Origin: Candidatus Saganbacteria bacterium
GTDB lineage: Bacteria; Margulisbacteria; WOR-1; O2-12-FULL-45-9; XYB2-FULL-48-7
Length of the DNA stretch: 64,000 bases
NCBI GenBank assembly: GCA_016939335.1
Contig: JAFGHC010000019.1
Coordinates: 23,090-87,089 of the forward strand
Direction: 5' to 3'
Shown: positions 1 through 12,147 of the stretch, in pieces
Layout: the number at the start of each line of letters is the position of its first letter
How positions within the stretch are numbered: the stretch's first letter is position 1
Position numbers and translations under genes: made by a program
Notes under the pieces: model-generated
Told to the model about the DNA's origin: nothing
What the model saw: only the letters and a program-made list of their open reading frames with translations
Database searches by the model: none

Positions 1-503
1 TTGGCGCCGTGCTCTTTGGCCGCTTTGCCGTATTTGATCAGATACTCAAGCCCGGTCCGGGAAGCGTCCTCGGCGTTGACGCCGACGGTCTCCGCGCCGA
101 GCTTATACGCCGTGTCGACCGCTTCGGCCATGCTGGCAATAACGGAATCTTCCGACATCTTGCCCATGAATTTGTTCTCCAGCATGATGTTGGAAGTCGA
201 GATCGAGAGGTTCAGGTGCTTGATCTTCGGCACCAGTTTGAAAGAGAGCTGAACGTCCTTCTTGATCGCCCGCGCCCACCCCTCCAGCCTGATCGGTGAT
301 AAGCCCCCCAGCTCCGCCAGTTCCAGGTTGGCGTTCAGGTAATTGGTCTCATGCTTGGTGAAAGGAAAGCCGAATTCCGACTGGAAGATCCCCATCTCGT
401 TCAGGTACATGTTAATGATCGTCTTTTCCAGCTTGGCCAGGCCGATCCGCGAGGTCTGCACCCCATCGCGGTTGGTAACGTCAATAATAAAAACTTTTGG
501 CAT
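1..503 (-). CDS. HMGL-like enzyme (2-isopropylmalate / homocitrate / citramalate synthase family), N-terminal part; gene runs off the window
   Basis: Not in the supplied ORF track because it has no stop in the window. The reverse strand from ATG (503-501) reads MPKVFIIDVTNRDGVQTSRIGLAKLEKTII..., the D-x-T-x-RDG-x-Q opening typical of LeuA/NifV/CimA TIM barrels. The plus-strand ORFs here look like GC shadows. Confidence 0.6.
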   Translation of the reverse strand, partial: MPKVFIIDVTNRDGVQTSRIGLAKLEKTIINMYLNEMGIFQSEFGFPFTKHETNYLNANLELAELGGLSPIRLEGWARAIKKDVQLSFKLVPKIKHLNLSISTSNIMLENKFMGKMSEDSVIASMAEAVDTAYKLGAETVGVNAEDASRTGLEYLIKYGKAAKEHGA

Positions 504-588
504 ATGCCCCCCCTGTTGGTAATTATATCATCGCGGCGCGGGAACTGCAATTTACGGCGGAAAGTGCTATGATACAAAGCTTAGCAAC

Positions 589-2583
589 ATGGAAAAAACT
601 TCTCTACTCGGCAGGGTCAAAAGATTTTTTATCGGCGAAGCGCGGAATCCCTTGGACCAGTCGGTCTTCCATAACATTTCGCTGATCGCCTTTTTCGCCT
701 GGGTCGGCCTCGGCTCCGACGGTCTTTCGTCGTCCTGTTACGGCCCCGCCGAAGCTTTCATGGCCCTGGGCCAACACCATTACCTCGCCCTGATCATCGC
801 CTTGGCCACGACCTTCACCATTATCATCATAAGTGAAAGCTACTCGCAGGTGATCGAACGCTTCCCGACCGGCGGCGGCGGTTACATGGTGGCCAGCCAG
901 CTCCTCTCCCCGGCCCTGGGAATGATCGCCGGCTGCGCCTTGATCATTGATTACATCCTGACCATCACAATCTCAATTGCCAGCGGGGCCGACGCGCTGT
1001 TCAGCTTCCTGCCGCCCTTTTTCCTCAGTTATAAGCTCGTTGCCGCGGCAGTGATCCTCGGCGTGCTGATCGTCCTGAACCTGCGCGGGGTTAAGGAGTC
1101 GGTCAGCGTCTTGATGCCGATCTTTCTCGTCTTTATCCTGACGCACGCCTTTATCCTCATTTACGCCCTCGCCGCCAACGTTTTCAACCTCCCGGCGGTG
1201 GCGGCCGCGACCGTCGTCGATGTCCGCGCCTCGGTCAGCGAGGTCGGCTGGCTCGGCCTGCTCATCGTGCTGATGCGCGCTTACAGTCTGGGGGCCGGAA
1301 CTTATACCGGTATCGAAGCGGTCAGCAACGGCGTCCCGATCTTGCGCGACCCGAAGGTCAAGACCGCCAAAGAAACCATGCGGTACATGGTCATCTCGCT
1401 CGCCTCGGTCGTCTTCGGACTGATCCTTGCTTACACCCTCTACAAAATAGAACCTCAGGCCGGCAAGACCCTTAACGCGGTGCTCTTTGATCGGGTCGCC
1501 GGGGGCTGGGGCATTTGGGGCTACGGCCTCGTCTTGCTCTCGCTTATTTCGGAAGCGGCCATCCTGTTCGTGGCCGCGCAGACCGGCTTTCTAGGCGGCC
1601 CGCGCGTGCTGGCCAACATGGCGGCGGACCACTGGGCGCCCAAGCGCTTTTCGCTCCTCTCCGACCGGCTCGTTTCGATGAACGGCGTGCTGATCATGGG
1701 GATCGGCGCGGCAATCATCCTGGTCGCCAGCAATGGTTCGGTCGGCTTCCTGGTCATCCTCTACAGCATCAATGTTTTTATCACTTTCTTCCTGGCGCAG
1801 CTCGGCATGGTCCGCCACTGGTGGGATTCGCGCGCGACCGTCAGCAGCTGGCTGAGAAAACTTTCGGTGGTGGGGCTTGCCCTGATCGTGACCGGTTTTA
1901 TCCTTATTTCCGTCACCGTGATCAAATTCCACGAGGGGGGCTGGATCACCCTGTTTATCACCGGCATGCTGGTGCTGGTCATGTCCATCATCAGGATCAA
2001 CTACAAAGCCCATAATCTGCAAATCAGCAAGCTCGAGCCGCTGGTCGAGGAAATCGAGTCGTCCCAGCCGGTCAAGTTCATCCCGGTCCAGCCGGCCAGC
2101 CAGTTCGACCCGGCCGAGAAGACCGCGATCATCCTGGTCAAGGACTTCACCGGCATCGGGCTGAAGACGCTCCAGGCGATCTTCCGTTCGTTCGGGCCGG
2201 TCTTCAAGAATTTCGTCTTCGTCCAGGTCGGGCTGATCGACGCCGCGGCGCTGCGCGGCAGCGCCGAAGTCGACAAGGTCAAGAAAAAGGTGCGGAACGA
2301 GGTCAGCCGCTACGTCAATCTGATGCGGCGCCACGGTTACCACGCCGAGGGGGTTGGCCTCTTCGGCATCGACACGGTCGAGGAGGTGGCCGCCGCCGCC
2401 CAAAAACTGAAGCAGACCTACCCGAATTCCACCTTCTTCGGCGGGCAGATCGTTTTTGCCAAAAATTCGCTGATGGCCAAATTATTGCACAACTACACTT
2501 TGTTCTCCGTCCAGGAGCGGCTGCACAAGGAAGGCATCCCGCTCTTCATCCTGCCGATCGAGCCGACCCCTGTGTTATACTAA
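589..2583 (+). CDS. APC-superfamily amino acid/polyamine permease with soluble C-terminal extension
   Basis: 664-aa ORF. About 12 hydrophobic helices in the first ~470 aa, then a ~190-aa hydrophilic tail. The antisense ORFs inside it are GC shadows. Confidence 0.6.
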   Translation: MEKTSLLGRVKRFFIGEARNPLDQSVFHNISLIAFFAWVGLGSDGLSSSCYGPAEAFMALGQHHYLALIIALATTFTIIIISESYSQVIERFPTGGGGYMVASQLLSPALGMIAGCALIIDYILTITISIASGADALFSFLPPFFLSYKLVAAAVILGVLIVLNLRGVKESVSVLMPIFLVFILTHAFILIYALAANVFNLPAVAAATVVDVRASVSEVGWLGLLIVLMRAYSLGAGTYTGIEAVSNGVPILRDPKVKTAKETMRYMVISLASVVFGLILAYTLYKIEPQAGKTLNAVLFDRVAGGWGIWGYGLVLLSLISEAAILFVAAQTGFLGGPRVLANMAADHWAPKRFSLLSDRLVSMNGVLIMGIGAAIILVASNGSVGFLVILYSINVFITFFLAQLGMVRHWWDSRATVSSWLRKLSVVGLALIVTGFILISVTVIKFHEGGWITLFITGMLVLVMSIIRINYKAHNLQISKLEPLVEEIESSQPVKFIPVQPASQFDPAEKTAIILVKDFTGIGLKTLQAIFRSFGPVFKNFVFVQVGLIDAAALRGSAEVDKVKKKVRNEVSRYVNLMRRHGYHAEGVGLFGIDTVEEVAAAAQKLKQTYPNSTFFGGQIVFAKNSLMAKLLHNYTLFSVQERLHKEGIPLFILPIEPTPVLY

Positions 2584-2587
2584 AGTC

Positions 2588-3433
2588 ATGCGCAAGATCG
2601 TCGGGTTGATCGGCTACCCGCTGGGGCACAGCGTTTCGCCGGCCATGCACAACGCCGCTTTCAAGGAACTTGGCCTCGATTATGAGTATATCCCGTTCGA
2701 GGTCGAGCCCGAGGACCTGGCGCAGGCGCTCCCCGGCCTGCGGGCCCTCCATATCGCCGGCTTCAACGTCACCATCCCGCACAAGGAAGCGGTCGTGCCG
2801 CTGCTCGACGACGTCACCAAGCTGGCCCGCACGATCGGCGCGGTCAACACCGTGGTCAACCAGGAAGGGAAACTGATCGGCTATAACACCGACGGCCCCG
2901 GCTTCATCGAATCGCTGAAAGAAGACGCCGGCTTTGAGGCCGCGGGGAAACGGGCGGTGGTCCTGGGCGCGGGCGGCGCCGGCCGCGCCGTCGCCACGAT
3001 GCTGGCCGAGGTCGGGGCCGCCGCGCTTTTTCTCGCCGACCTCGACGCCGGCAAAGCCGCCGCGCTGACCGAATACGTCGATACGCTATCAAATACGAAA
3101 TGCGGCTGGGCGGGGCTTGACAGCCTGGCGCTGAAAACGGCAATCGAGCAGGCCGACCTGCTGGTCAACGCCACGCCGCTCGGCATGCATCCCGACGTCA
3201 ACAAAAGCCCGCTGCCGGCCAAAGTCCAACTGCCGAAAAGCATCCTGGTTTACGACCTGGTCTACAACCCGGCAGAGACCAAGCTGCTGAAAACCGCCCG
3301 GGCGGCCGGCTGCCGCGCCGTTTCCGGCCTCGGCATGCTCGTTCAGCAGGGGGCGCTCGCCTTCACCGTCTTCACCGGTGAAGAGGCACCGCTCGAGACC
3401 ATGCTCGCCGCCGCCCGCAAGGCTTTGCGGTGA
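2588..3433 (+). CDS. aroE: Shikimate dehydrogenase
   Basis: GYPLGHSVSPAMHNAAF, NVTIPHKEAV, GAVNTV, GYNTDG and a GAGGAGRAV Rossmann motif. Confidence 0.9.
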   Translation: MRKIVGLIGYPLGHSVSPAMHNAAFKELGLDYEYIPFEVEPEDLAQALPGLRALHIAGFNVTIPHKEAVVPLLDDVTKLARTIGAVNTVVNQEGKLIGYNTDGPGFIESLKEDAGFEAAGKRAVVLGAGGAGRAVATMLAEVGAAALFLADLDAGKAAALTEYVDTLSNTKCGWAGLDSLALKTAIEQADLLVNATPLGMHPDVNKSPLPAKVQLPKSILVYDLVYNPAETKLLKTARAAGCRAVSGLGMLVQQGALAFTVFTGEEAPLETMLAAARKALR

Positions 3434-3448
3434 CGGAATCCCGTCGGT

Positions 3449-3570
3449 TATTTACTTCTCTAATTTACGAATTTTGGCTCGAATCCACTAATGGTAACTC
3501 GAATATTTTCTTTATAAATTAGAGAAATATTAGGGCATTCGTGCCCAAATTCGGGCATTCGAGAAGTAAT
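3449..3570. repeat. Imperfect ~38-nt inverted repeat pair around an AT-rich core (MITE-like or operator-like)
   Basis: The left arm atttacttctctaatttacgaattttggctcgaatcc (about 3449-3488) matches the reverse complement of the right arm gggcattcgtgcccaaattcgggcattcgagaagtaat (3533-3570) at most positions. It lies between aroE and the secretion-ATPase gene. Confidence 0.4.
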
Positions 3571-3597
3571 TGGCAATGAACTTGCTACTCCCCCCGC

Positions 3598-4596
3598 ATG
3601 GACCATCAAGATATCCCCTCGCTGCTGACCGGAATACTGAACCGCGCCGTCCAGTTGCGCGCCTCCGATATCCACCTCGAGCCGCGGGAGGAATTTGTCC
3701 GGGTGCGCTACCGGGTCGACGGGCTGCTGCAGGAGGCGCCGCCGGTCCACAAATCACAGCAGGCCCCCCTGCTCTCCCGGGCCAAGGTGCTGGCCAGCCT
3801 CGACATCGCCGAATGCCGCCTGCCGCAAGACGGGCGGGCCGAGCTGAAGATCGGCAAGCAGCAATTCGACCTGCGCGTCGCGACGCTGCCGGCGCTGCAC
3901 GGCGAAAAGATCGTCCTCCGCCTGCTCAACCGGCGCCAGATACATTTGAAATTGGAAGAACTGGGGATGGAACCGGGAACATTGATCGAATATAAAAAGC
4001 TGATCGCCCAAAAATACGGGCTGATCACCGTCACCGGTCCGACCGGTTCGGGCAAGACGACCACGCTCTACGCGACGCTGACGCAGCTCAACCGCCGCGA
4101 GGTCAACATCATGACGATCGAGGACCCGGTCGAGTACCAGCTGCCGGGGATCAATCAGGTCCAGGTCAACATCAAGTCGGGGCTGACCTTCGCGCGCGGT
4201 TTGCGCTCAATCCTCCGCCAGGACCCCGACATCATCATGATCGGCGAGATCCGCGACCTGGAGACGGCGCGCATCGCCGTCCAGTCGGCGCTGACCGGCC
4301 ACCTGGTCTTTGCCACGCTGCACACCGGCGACGCTCCTTCGGCCGTGACGCGGCTAGTGGAGATGGGGATCGAAAAATATCTGGTGGAAGCGACAATCAT
4401 CGGCGCGATCGCCCAGCGGCTGGTGAGGAAAACGGCGGCGGGCGGCTATCAGGGCCGGACGGGGATCTACGAGCTGATGAGCGGCTCGGCGCCGGCGGAG
4501 AATGTCAAAACCTTACGCGACGACGCGCAGCTGAAGCTTGAGCGCGGGCTTACTTCTCAAGAGGAAATTGATCGGGTTCTGGCGCCGGGAGATTGA
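3598..4596 (+). CDS. Short type II/IV secretion-family ATPase (GspE/PilB/PilT superfamily)
   Basis: Walker A GPTGSGKTTT, Walker B/Asp box IMIGEIRDLETA, His box ATLHT. It starts directly at the SDIHLEP core, so it has no GspE N-domain. No tetracysteine segment is present. Confidence 0.8.
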   Translation: MDHQDIPSLLTGILNRAVQLRASDIHLEPREEFVRVRYRVDGLLQEAPPVHKSQQAPLLSRAKVLASLDIAECRLPQDGRAELKIGKQQFDLRVATLPALHGEKIVLRLLNRRQIHLKLEELGMEPGTLIEYKKLIAQKYGLITVTGPTGSGKTTTLYATLTQLNRREVNIMTIEDPVEYQLPGINQVQVNIKSGLTFARGLRSILRQDPDIIMIGEIRDLETARIAVQSALTGHLVFATLHTGDAPSAVTRLVEMGIEKYLVEATIIGAIAQRLVRKTAAGGYQGRTGIYELMSGSAPAENVKTLRDDAQLKLERGLTSQEEIDRVLAPGD

Positions 4597-5014
4597 AGAT
4601 CTCGGCCGCTAATTTTTTGATCTTGTGGAACAGGGCTTTAACGGCCAACAAACGATTGCAGCGAAAACAAGTTTTGCAGGCCGCGAACCTCATTTTCTCC
4701 GGCTGACAGATCTCTTCCTTATAGTAAAGACAGTGCCTGCCGGGCAACCGCTTAAGGTCGGCCGTCTCGATATGATTAGAGGGATTCATATCTTCGATCC
4801 TGATGTTATCCATAGCTGATATTATATCGCAACCTACCGGCGGAAATTGCATTTTAATATGATCTTCGTAACAGAGAGTGAACCTCTCTGTTAATTTAAC
4901 CGTCCGCCTTTGACGAATATAGTCGCGAACTCCAAAAACATGGAACTTCGGCCTATTTCTAACGATAACAATATAGGAATGATCGAGGGGAAGACAATTA
5001 AAAGAGTGTTCCAC
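4550..5014 (-). CDS. Hypothetical Cys-rich protein in a lower-GC patch
   Basis: 154-aa ORF with no recognisable motifs apart from scattered Cys (CKTCFRC). Composition is clearly more AT-rich than the neighbours. It converges on and overlaps the 3' end of the ATPase gene. Confidence 0.35.
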   Translation of the reverse strand: MEHSFNCLPLDHSYIVIVRNRPKFHVFGVRDYIRQRRTVKLTERFTLCYEDHIKMQFPPVGCDIISAMDNIRIEDMNPSNHIETADLKRLPGRHCLYYKEEICQPEKMRFAACKTCFRCNRLLAVKALFHKIKKLAAEIFNLPAPEPDQFPLEK

Positions 5015-5126
5015 CCGGAGACCTTTGGAAAATAATTACGGATGACGGTCTCGCTTCTTATTAATTAATAATAACTAGCCGCGACATTCAGTCGCAGGTT
5101 CCCAGAATAATTGCTATACTTTACTC

Positions 5127-5843
5127 ATGATCTTAGGGCTCTTGCGCACCTGTTTCCTGTTCCTGCTGGTCCTGGTCAGTTTTTTTGTCGGGACGGCTAT
5201 TACATTATGTTTTGTCCCTTTCGTCCGGCCCCGGACGCGCCTCTTCCAGCTGGCGGCCCACTACTGGGCCAGGTTGATCGGCTTCTGCTCCGGGATCAAG
5301 GTGGAAACATCGGGCCTGGATAATATTCCCTTGAACAGACCGCTGATCCTGGTCGCCAATCATCAGGGCGCCGCCGACATCCCGGTCCTGCTGGGCTATC
5401 TGCCGGTCCGCTTCCGTTTCGCCATCAAAAAAGAATTGTTCCGCGTTCCCATTTTTGGCTGGTACATGCGCCAGGCCGGCTATTTCCCGATCGACCGGCA
5501 GATGATCCTTGCCGCCTACAAAACGGTCGAGAAGATCGTCGAGATCGTCCGCGCCGGCGAATCGGTCATGGTCTTCCCCGAAGGGACGAGGAGCCCCGAC
5601 GGTTCGCTGGGGAAATTCAAGCGGGGCAGCCTGATGGCCGCGCTCAAGTCGGGCGCGCCGGTCGTGCCGATCGCCATCTCCGGCAGTTACGACATCATGC
5701 CCAAGGGGACATATCTCATTAATCCGAGCAAAGTGCGCCTGGCTGTCGGCAAACCGATTTACATTAAAAATGAAGCGGAATACGACCGCAAAGTCGAAGA
5801 AGCGCGCGCGGCTATTGCCAGACTGCTGTCAGCGCGTCCCTGA
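5127..5843 (+). CDS. plsC: 1-acyl-sn-glycerol-3-phosphate acyltransferase
   Basis: N-terminal TM helix, HxxxxD box (ANHQGAADIP), FPEGTRS box. Confidence 0.85.
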   Translation: MILGLLRTCFLFLLVLVSFFVGTAITLCFVPFVRPRTRLFQLAAHYWARLIGFCSGIKVETSGLDNIPLNRPLILVANHQGAADIPVLLGYLPVRFRFAIKKELFRVPIFGWYMRQAGYFPIDRQMILAAYKTVEKIVEIVRAGESVMVFPEGTRSPDGSLGKFKRGSLMAALKSGAPVVPIAISGSYDIMPKGTYLINPSKVRLAVGKPIYIKNEAEYDRKVEEARAAIARLLSARP

Positions 5844-7176
5844 CCGAAACGACGCCGCGCAGGCCGATCTTCGTTTTTTTCAGCTCTTTTAAATTGTTCT
5901 CCGGCAGATAGACCGTCTTAAAACCGAGCTTTTCCGCTTCTTTGACCCGCTGTTCGATCCGGCCCACGGCGCGGACCTCCCCGGCCAGCCCGATCTCGCC
6001 GACCGCCGCGGTGCCGGCGCTGACCGGCTTGTTTTTATAACTCGAGGCGATCGCCAGGGCGATCGGCAGGTCCATCGCCGTCCCTTCGGCCGTGACGCCG
6101 CCGGCGGCGTTGACGTAAATGTCCTGCACCGACAGCTTGAGGCCGGCGTGCCGCTCGAGCACCGCGATGATCATCGCCGTCCGGTTATAGTCGACGCCGG
6201 TCGTCTTGCGGGCGGGATAGGCGAGCTTGGTCGGCGCGACCAGCGCCTGGATCTCGATCAGCATCGGCCGCGTCCCCTCGAGCGCCGCGGTCACGACCGA
6301 GCCGGGCAGGTCGCCCTGCCGCTCCGAGAGAAAAACTTCGGAGGGATTCAGGACTTCGACCAGCCCCTGCTCTTTCATTTCAAAGATGCCCACCTCGTTG
6401 GTCGAGCCGAACCGGTTCTTGGTCGCGCGGACGATCCGGTACTGCTTGTGCTGTTCCCCTTCAAAATAAATGACGGTGTCGACGATATGTTCAAGGACGC
6501 GCGGGCCGGCGACGCTCCCCTCTTTCGTCACATGGCCGACGATAAAGATTGGGATGCCGGCCGCCTTGGCGAGCCGCACGAGGTAGGCGGCGCACTCCCG
6601 TACCTGGGCGACGGAGCCCGGTGCCGAGGCGATCTCGGGGTGCGAGAGCGTCTGGATCGAATCGATGACGGCGAAGCGCGGTTTGAGCTCCATGAGCGCT
6701 TGTTCGACGGCCAGGAGGCCGGTTTCTGGCAGGAAGAGGAGGTTGGGCGAAAGCGTTCCCAGCCGCTCGGCCCGCACCCGCACCTGCTTGGCCGATTCCT
6801 CGCCGCTGACATAAAGGACTTTTTCCTTTTTGCTCAGCACCTCGGCCACCTGCAGCATCAGCGTCGACTTGCCGATCCCCGGTTCGCCCGCCACCAGCAT
6901 GACCGAGCCGGGGACGATCCCGCCGCCCAGCACCCGGTCAAGCTCCGCGATCCCCGTCGCTTGCCGATCTTCGTTTTTATAATCGACCTCGGTGATCGGC
7001 ACCGGCTTTTGTGAATTGGCAGTTGCCATTTGTCTTTTGTTTGGATGTTGGAGGTTGGAAGTTTGAGTTTCCTCCACGAGGCTATTCCATTCTCCGCAGG
7101 AGGCGCACTGCCCCGACCAGCGGGGGAAAGCCTGGCCGCAGGCCTGGCAGACGAACTGGACTTCGGTTTTGCTCAT
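5812..7176 (-). CDS. radA: DNA repair protein RadA/Sms
   Basis: Zinc finger CQACGQAFPRWSGQCASCGEWNS, Walker A GEPGIGKST, KNRFGSTNE motif, Lon-like C-terminus. I prefer the ATG at 7176 (MSKTEVQFVC, preceded by aggtga) to the GTG at 7185 used by the ORF track. Confidence 0.93.
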   Translation of the reverse strand: MSKTEVQFVCQACGQAFPRWSGQCASCGEWNSLVEETQTSNLQHPNKRQMATANSQKPVPITEVDYKNEDRQATGIAELDRVLGGGIVPGSVMLVAGEPGIGKSTLMLQVAEVLSKKEKVLYVSGEESAKQVRVRAERLGTLSPNLLFLPETGLLAVEQALMELKPRFAVIDSIQTLSHPEIASAPGSVAQVRECAAYLVRLAKAAGIPIFIVGHVTKEGSVAGPRVLEHIVDTVIYFEGEQHKQYRIVRATKNRFGSTNEVGIFEMKEQGLVEVLNPSEVFLSERQGDLPGSVVTAALEGTRPMLIEIQALVAPTKLAYPARKTTGVDYNRTAMIIAVLERHAGLKLSVQDIYVNAAGGVTAEGTAMDLPIALAIASSYKNKPVSAGTAAVGEIGLAGEVRAVGRIEQRVKEAEKLGFKTVYLPENNLKELKKTKIGLRGVVSVRDALTAVWQ

Positions 7177-7181
7177 CGGGC

Positions 7182-9656
<2,475 letters not shown>

Positions 9657-9730
9657 GAACGCATTATAGCAACCGGCCACGGGAGGCGCAAGTTTGGCGT
9701 CCGCCGCCCCGATAATATAGTAGCAGCGCC

Positions 9731-9952
9731 ATGAGCACGCCAAAAAAGCTTGAAATCGGGCCCGGACCGACCGATCGGCTGACGATCGGCGACACCACCT
9801 ATAAAACCTCGGGGAATATCCTCTTCGACGGCGTCAGTGAGCAGTATTACGTGGCCGAAAGCCAGCTGCTGGACAAAATGGACAAGGCGATCCAGGTCGG
9901 GATCATCGAGAACGGCATGCAGTCGCTGCTGAAAAGGATCAAGAAAAGCTAA
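9731..9952 (+). CDS. Hypothetical small protein
   Basis: 73-aa ORF divergent from clpC. No motif recognised. Codon usage is host-like. Confidence 0.35.
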   Translation: MSTPKKLEIGPGPTDRLTIGDTTYKTSGNILFDGVSEQYYVAESQLLDKMDKAIQVGIIENGMQSLLKRIKKS

Positions 9953-12147
9953 AGTTTCTGCGGCAGGGTGATGATAAACGTCGTCCCGCTCGCCGGTTTG
10001 CTCCTCACTTTGATCGAACCCTTATGTTCTTCAATGATGCGCAGCGTGATCGGCAGGCCCATGCCGGTGCCGGTCATCTTGGTGGTAAAGAACGGGTCAA
10101 AGAGGCTCTTGAGGTTGTCCTCGGAGATCCCTTCGCCGGTGTCGGTCACTTCGATAAAAATGACCGGGATCGGCCGGCCCAGTTCTTCCTGCTCGCCCCA
10201 GACCATCTCTTCCCCCTGCTTGACCCCCTGGCGGGTGTTAATCCGGCCCAGCTTGATCACCTCGCCGACATCGGTCTTGACGGTCAGCTCCCCGCCTTTT
10301 TCCTGCATCGCCTCGATCGCGTTCTTGATGATGTTGACAAAGGCCTGCGAGAGCTGGCCGGCGTCGCCCGAGATCTCCGGCAGCTGGGCCAGCTTCCTGG
10401 TCACCCGGACGCCGGCTTTCTTGCACTCACTTTCGAACAGCAGCAGCACTTCCTCCAGCAGGGAGTTCACTTCGACGTGCGAGAGCTCTGGCTTCATCGG
10501 CCGGCCGAACTTGAGCAGGCTTTCGGCGATCCGGTTGATCCGTTCGATCTCGTGGGGGATGATCGAAGAGAACTTCTCGCGGAATTCCTTGTCGTCCCAC
10601 TTCTGCTGGAGCAGCTGGGTGAAAGTGCGCAGTGAAACGAGCGGGTTCTTGATCTCATGCGCCATGCCGGCCGCCATCGTGCCGAGCGAGGCCAGTTTTT
10701 CCGAGAGGATCAGCCGCTCCTGGCTGTCGCGCAGCTCGCGCGTCATCTGGTTGAACGCGACCGCCAGCTTGCCGATCTCGTCGCTCGAACTGAGCGCGAT
10801 GTGATAGCCGAGCTCGCCGCGGGACACCGCCTCGGTGCCGAGCGTCAGCTCTTTGATCGGCCGCTCGATCGAGCGGGCGAAAAAGATCCCGGTCAGGGCG
10901 GTGATGATGATCCCCAGGATCACGAAGATGAGCGAATTGGTCTCCAGGCGGCGCAGTTCAAAGTAGGCCGAGCCGATCGGCTCTTCGACCACCACGCCCC
11001 AGCCGAACCGCGCGACCGGCACGTAAGCCCCGACCATCACCTCGCCCAGCTCGTCGTGGAACTCATCCGCGCCCTGCCGGCCGGCCAGCGCACGGCTGAC
11101 CGCTTCGTTAGCCACCACTTTCTCGTGCTGCAGCGCCCGCTTCTTGTCGGGATGGGCGACCAGTCTCCCTTCCCGGTCAAAGATAAAAGCCAGGCTGCCC
11201 GCCAACCGGGGACTGACCACCAGCGTCTGCAGGTTGTTAAACACCGGCTGGTCCGGCGCCGCGGCCAGCTTCTCGGCGATGTCCTGCGCGCTCTTCAGAT
11301 AACCGCTCTGGATGTAGCGGGAAAGCGCCCCTTTGCTGATGTTGATCGTCGCCAGCGTCGTCGCTTCGAACAGAATGACGATCAAAAGGATAAAGATCAG
11401 CATCAATTTGAACAGGATGCGCGTGCGCAGGAATTTAAGCGGCGCCATGGCCTCCGGCGCGCCGGGCGGGATCAGTTCGGCCAGCAGGAGGAGCAGGATC
11501 GAGAGCAGGATCAAGCCCCAGGCGGCCAGCAGGTAGCCCGCCTCGCCGAAGCCGCTGTAAAAGTAGGCGCACAGGATCGAGCCGAGAAAGCAGAGGGCGG
11601 CGGCGCCGGAATAAGCGGCCAGTTTACGTTTGCCGCCGGCCGAGGCCAGCGCCGTCACAAAAGCGCACAGGCCGAACACGATCCAGGCCAGCGCAAAAAA
11701 CTGCTTCTCCGGTATCCACGAAGCATAATAGACGACTGGCTCGACCACTCCCTCGCGGTAGACCAGGTTCAGGGTCGAATCAAAAACGCGGTAGGTCAGA
11801 AAAGCGGTGACCAGCAGCAAAAACAAGGAGATAAAGCGCCCCCACTTTAGCTCGAATTTCTCGACCGTGAAAAGCCAGAGCGAGAAAGCGCAGAAAATTA
11901 TGGCGGCCGAAACCGTCTTCTGGGCGGCGATCAGCTCGGCCAGCGGCCGTTCCAGGTTGAACATCAGCTGCGAGGTGAGAGCGGCGGCCACGTAAACAAA
12001 GAGCGAGAAGAAAAAGAACGCCAGGAAAAGGTCCTTCAGCCGGCGCAACAGCCAGCCGCTGCGCAGAAAAGCCGCCACGCCCGACAGCAGGATGCCGGCG
12101 GCGAAGATCTCGGCAAAGATGCTGATAATCGTTAAGGTCGAAAACAT
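9949..12147 (-). CDS. Membrane sensor histidine kinase (multi-TM N-terminus, extracytoplasmic sensor, HAMP, HisKA, HATPase)
   Basis: H box MAHEIKNPL, N box NIIKNAIEAM, G1 DTGEGI, G2 GTGMGLPI. About 7 N-terminal helices. No response regulator lies next to it. Confidence 0.85.
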   Translation of the reverse strand: MFSTLTIISIFAEIFAAGILLSGVAAFLRSGWLLRRLKDLFLAFFFFSLFVYVAAALTSQLMFNLERPLAELIAAQKTVSAAIIFCAFSLWLFTVEKFELKWGRFISLFLLLVTAFLTYRVFDSTLNLVYREGVVEPVVYYASWIPEKQFFALAWIVFGLCAFVTALASAGGKRKLAAYSGAAALCFLGSILCAYFYSGFGEAGYLLAAWGLILLSILLLLLAELIPPGAPEAMAPLKFLRTRILFKLMLIFILLIVILFEATTLATINISKGALSRYIQSGYLKSAQDIAEKLAAAPDQPVFNNLQTLVVSPRLAGSLAFIFDREGRLVAHPDKKRALQHEKVVANEAVSRALAGRQGADEFHDELGEVMVGAYVPVARFGWGVVVEEPIGSAYFELRRLETNSLIFVILGIIITALTGIFFARSIERPIKELTLGTEAVSRGELGYHIALSSSDEIGKLAVAFNQMTRELRDSQERLILSEKLASLGTMAAGMAHEIKNPLVSLRTFTQLLQQKWDDKEFREKFSSIIPHEIERINRIAESLLKFGRPMKPELSHVEVNSLLEEVLLLFESECKKAGVRVTRKLAQLPEISGDAGQLSQAFVNIIKNAIEAMQEKGGELTVKTDVGEVIKLGRINTRQGVKQGEEMVWGEQEELGRPIPVIFIEVTDTGEGISEDNLKSLFDPFFTTKMTGTGMGLPITLRIIEEHKGSIKVRSKPASGTTFIITLPQKL

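Noticed and set aside
7054-7067. 14-nt match gttggaagtttgag shared between the radA linker region and the spacer at 45220-45233, considered as a possible repeat family.
   Set aside because: By rough estimate, on the order of ten or more exact 14-mer coincidences are expected by chance in 64 kb counting both strands. There is no extended similarity around the match.
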